Shown: positions 47,001-57,082, counted from the stretch's first letter. The stretch: DNA of 64,000 nt from Candidatus Iainarchaeum sp. (GCA_026397015.1 JAPLVR010000005.1:1-64000), one strand, 5' to 3'. Numbers and translations are program-made. The notes: generated from the sequence alone by a model not told the origin.

Positions 47001-47753
47001 TCACAAAAACAGTTTTTTAAAACTTATTTCCTGTGCCCTTCCAATTTCCTCGATTGGGATTTTTTTCAATTCCGCGACCTTTGAGACGATGTCCAATAAT
47101 TTGTGCGGGAATGCCTGTTCATTGTTGAAGCGGAAGGGCGAATCCGTTTCAAAGAGCAGGTTTTCAAGCGGAAATCGCGTAATGTCCTTTTGGATTTGGT
47201 TGTTTTCAAGGATTGCGAGTCCGACCGAAACGAAGTAGCCGTTCCCGGCGGCGCGTTTCATGAGCCTTTCCGAATCTACAAACGAATGCAGAACTGCCTT
47301 CTCCGCCTTTTCCGCTTCAAGCGTTTCAAGGACTTGTTTTTGTGCGAATCTTGAATGGATGATGAGCGGTTTTCCGGTTTCGTTTGAAAGTTCGATGAAT
47401 TTCCTAAAAATTTCGATTTGTTTTTTTTGCTGCTCCGCTTTTTTTGCGAATTTGAAATCCAGCCCGACTTCCCCTACTGCAATGGAAGTTTCCTCTTTTA
47501 TTTTCGACTTGAAAAAAGAAAAAGCCTTTTTCAGTTCTTCATCGTTTAGTTCCATCGCTTCCAGCGGGTACAATCCGATAGCCGCTTTTATTTCTGGAAA
47601 CATTTTTGCGAGCGCAAGATTTCTGGCATTTGAGTCGAAGCTCGTGGAGCAGGAAATTATTTGCGAAATATTGTTTTGTTCCGCTTTTTGGAGCGCCTCC
47701 TTCAGCTCCTTTTCGGAGAGCATATCAAGGTGGCAATGGACATCGTAGAACAT
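47001..47753 (-). CDS. tatD: TatD-family hydrolase
   Basis: DVHCHLD, VGEVGLD, IIHSR and LFETDSP motifs. Confidence 0.93.
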   Translation of the reverse strand: MFYDVHCHLDMLSEKELKEALQKAEQNNISQIISCSTSFDSNARNLALAKMFPEIKAAIGLYPLEAMELNDEELKKAFSFFKSKIKEETSIAVGEVGLDFKFAKKAEQQKKQIEIFRKFIELSNETGKPLIIHSRFAQKQVLETLEAEKAEKAVLHSFVDSERLMKRAAGNGYFVSVGLAILENNQIQKDITRFPLENLLFETDSPFRFNNEQAFPHKLLDIVSKVAELKKIPIEEIGRAQEISFKKLFL

Positions 47754-47840
47754 TTCATCTTCCTCGGCCGATTTTAGGCATATTCGTCAATTAACTTGCA
47801 AAGCAAAACAATAAAAAACTCTTTCAATTCAACCTTCTTT

Positions 47841-48392
47841 ATGCATGTGAAAAAAACACTTATTTTTTCGGCGGTTTTTGCGCTTTTCCTGATTGCGGGG
47901 TGCGTGCAGTTTAAGGAAAATTTTTGCCAGAGCAGCAGCGGCAGTGATGATGTTTGCGGGGAAAAAACCGAAGTTTATTTTTGCCCGGAAGATGATTGTG
48001 CAAACAGGCTGATTGAAAAAATAAATTCCTCGAATGAAACAATCAACATAGCGATTTATTCCTTTACATTGGATTCGGTTGCGGCTTCGCTTGTTGCGGC
48101 AAAGCAGCGCGGCGTGCAGGTCAAGGTTTTGTTTGACGACAGCCAGATTACCGAAAAATCTGAGGATACAACGCTTCTGAACGCGGGAATTCCGGTAAAA
48201 CGGAAAAAGAGTTCCGCTTACATGCACAACAAATTTTGTATAATCGACGGAAAACTTGTCGGAACAGGTTCTTTCAATTATTCGAAGAACGGGCAGACTG
48301 AGAATGACGAAAATTTGATTTTTATTTTGAGCAAAAAAATTGCAGGGCAGTATCAGGATGAGTTTGACGAGCTGTGGCAGGAGACGGATTAA
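47841..48392 (+). CDS. Phospholipase D-family nuclease (Nuc-like), lipoprotein-type signal
   Basis: IAGC; MHNKFCIIDGK (HxKxxxxD); TGSFN; NDEN. Confidence 0.9.
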   Translation: MHVKKTLIFSAVFALFLIAGCVQFKENFCQSSSGSDDVCGEKTEVYFCPEDDCANRLIEKINSSNETINIAIYSFTLDSVAASLVAAKQRGVQVKVLFDDSQITEKSEDTTLLNAGIPVKRKKSSAYMHNKFCIIDGKLVGTGSFNYSKNGQTENDENLIFILSKKIAGQYQDEFDELWQETD

Positions 48393-48393
48393 C

Positions 48394-48984
48394 ATGGCGT
48401 GCGGCAAATTGCTTTTCGGGAAAAAGACGGCTGAAGATGCGCGGGAGATTTACGAGCCGCACGAGGACTCATTCCTTTTGGAGGGCGCCATTTTGAGGGA
48501 AAATTTGGCGGGAAAGAAATGCCTCGATTTGGGGTGCGGTTCCGGAATCCAGTCGAAGGCAATGTTCAGGGCGGGCGCGCATGAAGTTTTGGCGGTTGAT
48601 ATCAACAAAGTTGCGCTGAAAGAAACAAAAAGAAACACACATTTTCTTGGACAGCGCCCTAAAACCCTTCGCAGCAATTTATTTTCCAAGGTTAGAAAAA
48701 AATTCGATTTCATAGCCTTCAACCCGCCTTACGTGCCGAGCGAGGCTATTATGTGGAAAGATGTTGACGGCGGCGAGCGCGGAAGGAAAATAATAGACCG
48801 CTTTTTGGCGCAGGTGGAAAAGCACATTAATCCGAAGGGAGTTTTGCTTTTGGTCGTTTCCTCCCTTAATGATGAACGTGAAATTGTCGAAATTTTGCGG
48901 AAAATGAAATTTGAGGTGAGTTTTGCCGCCGGACAGAAGATTTTTTTTGAAACGATTTTTGTGTTGCGGGCGGTCAAAAAATAG
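48394..48984 (+). CDS. HemK2/MTQ2-family release-factor glutamine methyltransferase
   Basis: YEPHEDSFLL, LDLGCGSG, FNPPY and DGGERGR motifs. Confidence 0.9.
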   Translation: MACGKLLFGKKTAEDAREIYEPHEDSFLLEGAILRENLAGKKCLDLGCGSGIQSKAMFRAGAHEVLAVDINKVALKETKRNTHFLGQRPKTLRSNLFSKVRKKFDFIAFNPPYVPSEAIMWKDVDGGERGRKIIDRFLAQVEKHINPKGVLLLVVSSLNDEREIVEILRKMKFEVSFAAGQKIFFETIFVLRAVKK

Positions 48985-49016
48985 ATTTTTTAAGGATTTA
49001 AAAGTGTGTGAATGTT

Positions 49017-50090
49017 ATGCCTTCAAATGTTTCTTTCGAATTTGCGCTGGCGCAAAAAAAATATGACGCTGCAAGAACTCCCGAGGAAAAACTGATTGCG
49101 CTGCAGGAAATGAAATCAGCCGCCCCCTCGCATAAGGGTGCGGAGAATTTGCGTTCCGAAATAAACAGGCAGCTTTCTTCTTTGCGCGCAAAAATGGAGC
49201 GCCAAAAGAGCCAGTCCAAGCGCGGCTCCGCGCCGACAATTTACGTTAAGAAGGAAGGAGTGGGGCAGATTGTTCTTGTCGGCCCGCCTAACGGCGGCAA
49301 GAGCTGGCTCCTTAACAAGATTGTCGGAAGGGAAATTGCGGAAGTTACGCCATATCCTTTTGCGACAAAAATTCCAGTGCCCGCAATGTTGGATTATGCG
49401 GGCGGCAAAGTTCAGATTGTCGAGGTGCCCGCAATAATTCAGGGTTCCGCGCAGGGCAGGGCGCAGGGAAAAGAAATTCTCTCAATAATAAGGACCGCCG
49501 ATTCAGTCGTTCTTGTCTGTTCGGAAGAGGAGAGGCAGATGCTTGTGAATGAATTGGCGCTTTCAAATATTGTTGTGGGGCGCGACCGCCCGAGAATAGA
49601 AGTCAAACATTCCGAGTTTCAGGGAATCCAGATTTCCGGAAAACGTTTTTTGAATTTTCCTATCGGGCAGCTCGAAGGCTACCTGAAAAACATAGGGTAC
49701 TCGAATTCCAGCGTCATAATTTCCGGTCCGATAAATTCCCTTACGGATGTTTCCGAGGCGATGAATGAAAGGCTTACATATAAGCCGTGTCTTGTAGTAA
49801 ATCCAAATAAAATTTCCGACCATGATTTGCTTGATTTGCGCGACCAGCTTTTCCTTTCCCTTAATAAAATTCTTGTTTACACAAAAAAACCGGGGCATGA
49901 TGCCGAGATGACCGCTCCGCTTTCGATGCAGAAGGGTTCAACGGTAACGGATTTGGCAAAATCGCTGCACAAGGATTTTGCAAGAAATCTGAAGTTTGCG
50001 CGCGTCTGGGGCTCCGCCAAATTTCCTGGCCAGCGCGTCGGTCCAGAATACGTTCTGAAGCACCGCGATATAGTTGAAATTTCAATTTAA
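49017..50090 (+). CDS. DRG/Rbg-family GTPase with TGS domain
   Basis: HKGAENL, GPPNGGKS, YPFAT and ARVWGSAKFPGQRVG motifs. Confidence 0.9.
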   Translation: MPSNVSFEFALAQKKYDAARTPEEKLIALQEMKSAAPSHKGAENLRSEINRQLSSLRAKMERQKSQSKRGSAPTIYVKKEGVGQIVLVGPPNGGKSWLLNKIVGREIAEVTPYPFATKIPVPAMLDYAGGKVQIVEVPAIIQGSAQGRAQGKEILSIIRTADSVVLVCSEEERQMLVNELALSNIVVGRDRPRIEVKHSEFQGIQISGKRFLNFPIGQLEGYLKNIGYSNSSVIISGPINSLTDVSEAMNERLTYKPCLVVNPNKISDHDLLDLRDQLFLSLNKILVYTKKPGHDAEMTAPLSMQKGSTVTDLAKSLHKDFARNLKFARVWGSAKFPGQRVGPEYVLKHRDIVEISI

Positions 50091-50164
50091 GCCGATTTTG
50101 CAATTTGAGTTGTTTTGCTGAAATGATTTGAAGATGCTGGGCCGGGTTGAAGATTTCGGTGCGG

Positions 50165-51010
50165 TTATTTGGCGCTGCCACTTACTTTTTCTCCTTTGCC
50201 CTGGCTGATGTAAAGAAACGCCGCTATTATGAAGATGACCGCCCCTATCGCCGCAAACAAAACGGAATAATCCGGTTCGAAGAATACGCTCAATTTTTTT
50301 TCGAAATAGTGCGGTCCGCTCTCGTCCATGTATCCATAAGCGAGGAATATTTTTTGTTCGCCTGAAATGTTTTGCGGCGCAACCGCCTCGAAGTTCGCGC
50401 CCCTTTCCCCTTTTTCTCCGAGATCCTCAAATGTTGCAGCCTGGCTTTTCAGCGTGAATCCCTGTGGCACTCTGAGCTCCGCCATTATTTTTTTCACGTT
50501 TTTTTCCTGCGGCGCGGAAATCATGAAATCGACAAAAACCCCTTGTCCCTCCGGAAAATTTTTTTTGCTTGCAGTTCCCTTTACCGAAACAGCGCTTTCT
50601 TTTGCCGTTACGACTGTTCCGATTACGTTTTCAAGCGGCTCCTTTTCCCCGTAGTAAACAAATATGTTTGATTTGCTTTCATCGAGCGAAATTATTTTTA
50701 CTTTTAATGCAAGCTCTTTTGTTTCCCCCGCCCCGATTGGGCTGATTGTTTTTACCATCGAACTCTGTTCTTCAGGGTCATTTTCATTCAGGAATCTCAG
50801 TGTTTTTCCGCTTTCCATTTTTAGGAAAATCTTTTCAATTTCCGCGCCCGAGTCGTTATGGACTTTTATTTTTAATATTCCTATTTCATTAATCAGCAGT
50901 TCTTTCCTGTCGGTTGAGAGGCTTATGAGGATTTCCGCGTTTGCGAAACCGATCAGCATTAAAAGCGCTACCGCCGGCAAAAGAATTCTTGCGCTAAAAT
51001 TCCTCTTCAT
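50165..51010 (-). CDS. Secreted, membrane-anchored protein with Ig-like domains
   Basis: Signal peptide MKRNFSARILL; C-terminal TM. Confidence 0.7.
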   Translation of the reverse strand: MKRNFSARILLPAVALLMLIGFANAEILISLSTDRKELLINEIGILKIKVHNDSGAEIEKIFLKMESGKTLRFLNENDPEEQSSMVKTISPIGAGETKELALKVKIISLDESKSNIFVYYGEKEPLENVIGTVVTAKESAVSVKGTASKKNFPEGQGVFVDFMISAPQEKNVKKIMAELRVPQGFTLKSQAATFEDLGEKGERGANFEAVAPQNISGEQKIFLAYGYMDESGPHYFEKKLSVFFEPDYSVLFAAIGAVIFIIAAFLYISQGKGEKVSGSAK

Positions 51011-52298
51011 TTTCCCCTTCCTCTTTCTTTTTTTTCTTAAGGTAGAATGTTTCAAAAATGTACAGGCCGAACAGCGCCACCGCCAGAATTATTATTGCTT
51101 GTATTATTAATTCTTGCGGGAACTCCTGTGCCTGTTCTTCGATGCCCTGTTTCAATATTTCCAAAACATTTTTTTTCGCCTTTGCCGCCGCAATTTTTGC
51201 CTCGTCGTATCTTCCGCCGTTGTAATTGCTTACCGCATTTTTCCAGCTGGTTTTGAGCTGTTCAACTTCATCCTTTGCGACCCAGAAGCTTACATTTTCT
51301 TCAAGGAGTATGCTTTCAGCCGCCTTGTCAAGGGTTTGAAAGTTCTGGTTCGCCTTTGTTATGTCCTTGTCGCTGTTGTACATCAATTGCCACGCCTCGT
51401 TCCTTTTGAGCCTTGTCTGCAGCGTGGAATAGTATGTGTCGGCTTTGCTTGTCGAACTGAAAACCCCGTTTACTTGGTCCTTTATCAGGTCGCTTGCGCT
51501 GAACACCGAGTCGAGCACCCTCGCCCTTATCGGCATATCGAGGTTGCTGTTCAATGCGCTTTTTGTCGAGATGTCGATGCTTGTCAGCGGGCTTATCCCT
51601 TCTTTGAGCGAATTTATTTTTGAATTTAAATTTTCGTAATTCTCCTTCAGGCTTTCAACCTCCGTAAAGAATTCCTCGTATTTTTTTTGGTATTCGGAAA
51701 TCTGGTCCGTTGCGGGCTTTTCAAGGAATTCGGATTCAAATGCCATCGATTCCTCAACCCTTTTTGAAAGTTCGTTGCTTTGTTCCGCGACGCTTTCATA
51801 GCTCCCCATCAGCGCATCGGCGGGGCTCATAAGTTTTCTCGCTTCGTTGTCGCTTACTTTTTCAAGTTCGGTTTTCACCATGAGCACTTTTGCGGGCATT
51901 GCCGACAGCTCCTTTGCCGCGTCGTTCAGCTCGCTTTTTGTTGTTGTTGAAAAGCCCCAGCTTGCGCTGTAATTGTTTCTCAAATCAGCCATGCCTATTT
52001 TTACAATTGCTGCCTTTATCAGGTTCCTTGTTTTCACGGCGCCCGATTCGATGCTTCCGTCCGAACTCTTTACAGGGATATATGCATTTGTGCTGTTTTC
52101 AACAGTCGCTATTACAACCCAGTAGTCGGCTCCCGAGTCGATTACCTTCACCGCCTGTGTTGATTCTCCGCTCGAGATTAAATTGTTTGTAACTGAAACA
52201 ATATTGAACGCCTCTTCGAATGAAATCGCATAACAGGCGCCGCCCAGCACGAAAATCATCGTGATTATCAGCGCGATTTGGGCAATTTTCCTTTCCAA
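50994..52298 (-). CDS. Secreted helical/coiled-coil protein with a C-terminal TM
   Basis: Signal peptide; long helical body; TM followed by KKKKK. Confidence 0.7.
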   Translation of the reverse strand: MERKIAQIALIITMIFVLGGACYAISFEEAFNIVSVTNNLISSGESTQAVKVIDSGADYWVVIATVENSTNAYIPVKSSDGSIESGAVKTRNLIKAAIVKIGMADLRNNYSASWGFSTTTKSELNDAAKELSAMPAKVLMVKTELEKVSDNEARKLMSPADALMGSYESVAEQSNELSKRVEESMAFESEFLEKPATDQISEYQKKYEEFFTEVESLKENYENLNSKINSLKEGISPLTSIDISTKSALNSNLDMPIRARVLDSVFSASDLIKDQVNGVFSSTSKADTYYSTLQTRLKRNEAWQLMYNSDKDITKANQNFQTLDKAAESILLEENVSFWVAKDEVEQLKTSWKNAVSNYNGGRYDEAKIAAAKAKKNVLEILKQGIEEQAQEFPQELIIQAIIILAVALFGLYIFETFYLKKKKKEEGENEEEF

Positions 52299-52373
52299 TT
52301 AAACCACGTATAAGAAATGGCTTCCTTATTATTAAAACCTTTCTTAGCTGCTTTCGCAGTCTTTTTTTTGCGG

Positions 52374-54776
52374 CTAAATTGTTATTTTTGTTTTTCCGTA
52401 TGATATTTTTTGTATGTTGTGCATCAGTTTCAGTTCTGCTTCCAGATTCTTCAGGGTTTGCGGCGCAACCGCTTCCTTTGTCGCGTCTTTGAGCGACAGG
52501 TTCGCGTCCTTTTTCGCCTTCCATATTGCTGAATTGAATTCTTCCAATTCTTTTCCAGATATTTTTGATTTGAATTCTTTTGTTTCCGGAAATTTTTGTT
52601 CGTGAATATTTTTTCCGAACAATTCTTTGTAAATGAACTGGTTTATTGCCGGATTTATGGGCGCCATTATTTCAAGCACTATTTTCAAAACCCCGCGAAG
52701 CGTTTTTACCGCAGCGTTTCTTTCCGCTTCGCTGAATTTCACCTTCGCATCATTGTTGTACGCCCTTCTCTTTACCACTTCAACGTAGTGCGAAGCAAAC
52801 TCATTTTTCACAAAATTTGTTATCCTTACAGCCGGGTTGTGGAAGTCGTACTTCGCGTACCTCTCCCTTGAAAATTTCTCGAGTTCGTGCGCCTCTGAGA
52901 GTATCCACTTGTCGATTTCCATGCGCTCCGCGTTTTTTTCCTGCGCGGGCGTAAGCTCAAACATCGAAATGAATTTTGAAACGTTCCACAGCTTTACAAG
53001 AACCGTCCCCGCATTTTCAATTCTCTCAAAAGAGCACCTGAAATCGGTTTTTTCCAGGTTTCCTTCAACCGCCGCCCATAACCTGAAAGGTTCCGCCCCG
53101 AATTTTTCAAGGATGTCGTGCGGGTCTATTCCGTTGCCCCTGCTCTTGCTCATCTTGTACCCTTTTTCATCAACTATATGGTAATTTATCCAAGCGTCCC
53201 TGAAAATTACTTTTCCCGTGAGCAGATAATCTTTCAGCAGGGTGTAGTACAGCCACGTTCTTACAATTTCTTTTCCCTGCGGCCTTAATGTGCACGGCGA
53301 ATTCTTTTCAAAGAATTTCGGCACCCTTTCATAACCCAGTATGTAAAGCGGCGTTATGCTCGAATCGAACCAAGTATCAAACACCCTTTCCTCGCCCCTG
53401 AATTCCGTTCCCCCGCATTTCTTGCACTTCCCGTTATACTTTTCCTTCCAGGGTTGCACGTATTTTCCTTTTTCCGCCAGTGCCGCCTCCCCGCATTTTT
53501 TGCAGTACCACAGCGGAATTTCCGTCGCGTAATACCTTCTCCTCGAAATGGGCCAGTCAATTGCAACCGAATCAATCCAATCCAACAGTATTTGCCTCGA
53601 CTTCGGCGCAAAGAATTTTACTTTCTTTGCAATTTCCTTCATTTTTTCCTTGAATTCAAGTTGTTTCAGATAAAATTCGGGCATCTCAATAAATTCCACG
53701 GCTGTCCCGCTTCTTTCGCTTACCGGCGTCCTGTGTTCGTTTGTGGGCGTAACCTTTTTCAGCAGCCCTTTGCTCCGCAATTCTTCAACCATTTTTTCCC
53801 TTGCTTCCGCAATCTTCATCCCTTTCAAAAATCCTGCGTTCTCGTTCATCGTTCCGTCTTTTCCAATTGTCACAATTCCTTTCAGTTTTTGTTCGATGAA
53901 AAACCTTATGTCCGTTAAATCCCCGTATGAGCACATCATCACGAGCCCCGTTCCTTTTTCCATTTCTGCTGCGGTGTGCGCCTTGCACGGCACCTCTTTG
54001 TTGAAAATCGGCGTGATTAGTGTTTTTCCGTTCAGGTGTTTGTATCTCCTGTCCTTCGGGTGGAATATTACCATCGCGCATGTGCAAATCAGTTCCGGCC
54101 TTGTCGTCGCGATTATTACTTCTCCCTCTTTCCCCGGCACCCCTTTTACCCTGAATACTACTTCGTAGAATTTTCCCGCCCTGTTTTCGTAAACGATTTC
54201 CGAATCAGCGATTGTCGTCTGCAGTTTCGGGTCCCAGTTTGTTGCTTTTTCATCTTCGTATACGAGCCCCTTTTTGTACAAATCAATGAATGTCGCCTGC
54301 GTCACCGCCCTATAGCTCGGCGAATCCGTTTCATAAACTTCGCCTATTTTTTCCCCTTTTTTCCAGCTGTTGAAAGAGATTCCGCATTTGAAGAACGAGT
54401 CCATGCTTTCCATTGATGACTCTTCCAGGAGCTTGTGGCAGTATTCGGTCGCCGCTTCCCTAGAAATTTTTGTGAAATCAACATTGAATTTTTTTTCCGC
54501 CCCTATTTCTATCGGCAGGCCGTTCCTGTCTAACCCAAGCGGGAACAGCACCTCGTGCCCCGTCATCCTCCTGTATCTTGCAAAGAAATCCATCAGTACG
54601 TATCCAGTCACCTGCCCTATGTGCACCGGCGTATTTACATACGGCGGAGGCGTGTCGATGGAATAAACCGGTAATCCGCTGTCTTCCTTGAAGTTGTAGC
54701 AGCCGCTGTTCCTCCACTCCGCGAATATTTTTTCGCCCATTTCTTTCGTGAAATTCTTTTCCTTTATGATTCCCAT
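52374..54776 (-). CDS. valS: Valine--tRNA ligase
   Basis: SIDTPPPY..VHIGQ, IATTRPE, GTGLVM, DWPISR and KMSKS motifs. Confidence 0.95.
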   Translation of the reverse strand: MGIIKEKNFTKEMGEKIFAEWRNSGCYNFKEDSGLPVYSIDTPPPYVNTPVHIGQVTGYVLMDFFARYRRMTGHEVLFPLGLDRNGLPIEIGAEKKFNVDFTKISREAATEYCHKLLEESSMESMDSFFKCGISFNSWKKGEKIGEVYETDSPSYRAVTQATFIDLYKKGLVYEDEKATNWDPKLQTTIADSEIVYENRAGKFYEVVFRVKGVPGKEGEVIIATTRPELICTCAMVIFHPKDRRYKHLNGKTLITPIFNKEVPCKAHTAAEMEKGTGLVMMCSYGDLTDIRFFIEQKLKGIVTIGKDGTMNENAGFLKGMKIAEAREKMVEELRSKGLLKKVTPTNEHRTPVSERSGTAVEFIEMPEFYLKQLEFKEKMKEIAKKVKFFAPKSRQILLDWIDSVAIDWPISRRRYYATEIPLWYCKKCGEAALAEKGKYVQPWKEKYNGKCKKCGGTEFRGEERVFDTWFDSSITPLYILGYERVPKFFEKNSPCTLRPQGKEIVRTWLYYTLLKDYLLTGKVIFRDAWINYHIVDEKGYKMSKSRGNGIDPHDILEKFGAEPFRLWAAVEGNLEKTDFRCSFERIENAGTVLVKLWNVSKFISMFELTPAQEKNAERMEIDKWILSEAHELEKFSRERYAKYDFHNPAVRITNFVKNEFASHYVEVVKRRAYNNDAKVKFSEAERNAAVKTLRGVLKIVLEIMAPINPAINQFIYKELFGKNIHEQKFPETKEFKSKISGKELEEFNSAIWKAKKDANLSLKDATKEAVAPQTLKNLEAELKLMHNIQKISYGKTKITI

Positions 54777-54855
54777 TCTACAACACTACTGCTTTTTCAA
54801 TTAAAAACCTAATCCTCGAAACAAATATAAACTCTGTTTGCGTATTCGGTTGCGG

Positions 54856-55983
54856 ATGAATAAGAGATTGCTTTTGTTGTTGCTTATTGTGTTGGCAGCA
54901 TTCCCTTTCGCATTTGCAAACCCTATTAGCATTACAGACCCTATTTTTCTTGCCTCGGGCTTGATATTAGTAATTTTTGCAATTGATTTTTGCGGGGATT
55001 TTGTTGCTGCATTTTTTGCAAGCAAACTTCTCGGCGAAAAAAGAATTTTCGAAGAAGTTTCTATAAAGCAAATGTTCTCAATGCTGCTTGCAATAGCAAT
55101 TCTTGGGCTAATTGTAGATTTTATCGCAATGATTATTATTAGCTCTTTTAGCATTTGTAATCTTATGGCCCCGCAGCAGTGTCTTTTGCCTTATGAAAAT
55201 GGACTGATCGGGTTTATTTTTTCTTTTGGCATCGCTTTTGTGCTCTTATTTGTAACTGATTTTTGTATAATAAAGACTGCGAAAAAAATAAGTGTAAAAA
55301 AAGCGATTAAGTATTCTGTTATTTTAGCAATTTTAACAAATCCAGTGATTGCCGGGACTATTTTTTCAACCGGTTTTTTTATTATTAGCGCAGTGGTTAT
55401 CGTTGCGTTGTTTGGTTGGGTGTTTGAAAATCAAAAAAAACTGGCGAGTAATGATGAGTCCAGAATTTTTTCTAAGTGGGGCTGGATTATTTTTATTTTA
55501 CTTATTGCAGGAGTGTTTTTGTTTTTTGTCTCGCCTATTCCATCACCTCCTAATGTTGGTTCAGCGAGAGATAATATTGCGAATACTTTGAATGCCACCA
55601 AAAATGGCGGTTCTCAAACAAGCCAAAATTTTGCTCTTGTAAAAGGAGATGCTCTTACAGGTAAAGATTTTAGCAAATGGGGGTTTGACCAGCATTCATT
55701 GGTTTTTGCGACTCGTGGAATTCCTGAAGGTTTGATAGAAGTTGCGACTGCTTTTGGGGATGAAGGATTTTCACAATTTACTTATAAGAGCCCGACAAAA
55801 TTTAATGCAAAAGCGGCCGTTTATTGTGAGGCGACAGGCAACGTTTTGAAAGACGTGATAGAGGATAATAATTTGAATGCCGGTGGAGATATTGTTGGTT
55901 TAGATGGAATTTCGCTTTGTGGAATTGATGAGAATGGGGGTATGTATCAGCCCTGTTGTCTGGTTGTAATTAAGCGCGCCTAA
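54856..55983 (+). CDS. Multi-pass membrane protein with a C-terminal extracellular domain
   Basis: About 6-7 hydrophobic segments, then a soluble domain ending CCLVVIKRA. Confidence 0.7.
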   Translation: MNKRLLLLLLIVLAAFPFAFANPISITDPIFLASGLILVIFAIDFCGDFVAAFFASKLLGEKRIFEEVSIKQMFSMLLAIAILGLIVDFIAMIIISSFSICNLMAPQQCLLPYENGLIGFIFSFGIAFVLLFVTDFCIIKTAKKISVKKAIKYSVILAILTNPVIAGTIFSTGFFIISAVVIVALFGWVFENQKKLASNDESRIFSKWGWIIFILLIAGVFLFFVSPIPSPPNVGSARDNIANTLNATKNGGSQTSQNFALVKGDALTGKDFSKWGFDQHSLVFATRGIPEGLIEVATAFGDEGFSQFTYKSPTKFNAKAAVYCEATGNVLKDVIEDNNLNAGGDIVGLDGISLCGIDENGGMYQPCCLVVIKRA

Positions 55984-56093
55984 AACAAGTTTCCTTTTTC
56001 GCCTTTTCCCCACTGTTTTTAAAGAAAACGCCTTCAACGTATTTATTGGATTTCTATCAGCTCTCATCGGAAAACGTTTTTGCCGAAGGCAAT

Positions 56094-56211
56094 CTCTGTC
56101 GCGCAAAGCGAAGGCAGGGCTCTTAACCAGCCTCTAAAAAGGTTTTGCGTAGCAAAATCCATCGAGCATCAGCGAAGATGGATTTTTTCGCCAGCCTTTC
56201 TAAAAGGCTGG
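56094..56211. repeat. Hairpin repeat cluster upstream of tRNA-Trp
   Basis: Two stems with GAGCAAAGCGAA-like loops and a reverse REP copy at 56183-56211. Confidence 0.75.
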
Positions 56212-56280
56212 GGTTATAGTGTAGCGGTATCACGGTTGGCTCCAGACCAACAAACCGGGGTTCGAGTCCCCGTAACCCCA
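56210..56280 (+). tRNA. tRNA-Trp, anticodon CCA, intronless
   Basis: Acceptor GGGGTTA/TAACCCC-A, anticodon arm GTTGG-CT CCA GA-CCAAC, T arm CGGGG-TTCGAGT-CCCCG. Confidence 0.95.
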
Positions 56281-56296
56281 CTTCAATTTTTTTGTT

Positions 56297-57082
56297 TTAA
56301 GTTATGAGATAATATTGTTCCCTTCTCCTTTCCAGCAGTTCGCCGCCCTCTTTCAAAAATTCGCACACGGCTTTTGTAAATACTTTTGAAGTTTTAATGT
56401 TTTTTGCCAGTTCCTCAAGCTTCTGGTTCGGATTCTTTTTGAACGATTCGAGCGCCTTTTTCATTATTCTGTTCAGCAGCCATCCTTCCATGATGTAGTA
56501 GTTTCCGTCGAAGCTCTTTACCCCCCTCAGTTTTCCTTCCTTTATTTCCCTTTCATTTTCCATGCAGAACTGCCTGACCGTCTCGTCATTTCTCACTACC
56601 AGTATTCCGTCCTTTTCGAGGCTGTATTCCTTCTGGTCCTTTTCAATGCCCGCCCGCTCTTCAATTTCTTTTTTTATTTTTGAAATTTCTTCCGTGTTCC
56701 CTTTCCCTTCTCCCGCACCCTCATCCCTGACCCTGTAGACGCCTTTCTGATAGCTCTCATTTAATTTGAACACAAATATTTTTCCTTCCGCAACCGATTG
56801 CAGTAAAGCTTTTTTTTGTTTTTCGTTCAGCCTTCTCTCGAACTTTCCTTCGACCAGTTCGCCCAGGTTTTTTTCTTTTTTTACCAGCCCGATTACCTGC
56901 TCTTTTTCTTCCGCGAGTCCATCGATTTTTTTCTCTTTTTGTTTTTCCTTTCCCTCGATTTCCTTGTCTATGAGCAAAAAAATCCCTTCGTTATTCGGTA
57001 TCAGCGAGTATTCCTTTCCTTCTTTCAGGAATTCTGTTTCCTCTTCGTTCAGAATGAGTTTCCCGTTTTCCAGCTTTGCCAT
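56297..57082 (-). CDS. Hypothetical protein with a C-terminal winged-helix-like region
   Basis: LEELAKNIKTS..FTKAVCEFLKEGGELLE pattern. Confidence 0.7.
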   Translation of the reverse strand: MAKLENGKLILNEEETEFLKEGKEYSLIPNNEGIFLLIDKEIEGKEKQKEKKIDGLAEEKEQVIGLVKKEKNLGELVEGKFERRLNEKQKKALLQSVAEGKIFVFKLNESYQKGVYRVRDEGAGEGKGNTEEISKIKKEIEERAGIEKDQKEYSLEKDGILVVRNDETVRQFCMENEREIKEGKLRGVKSFDGNYYIMEGWLLNRIMKKALESFKKNPNQKLEELAKNIKTSKVFTKAVCEFLKEGGELLERRREQYYLIT

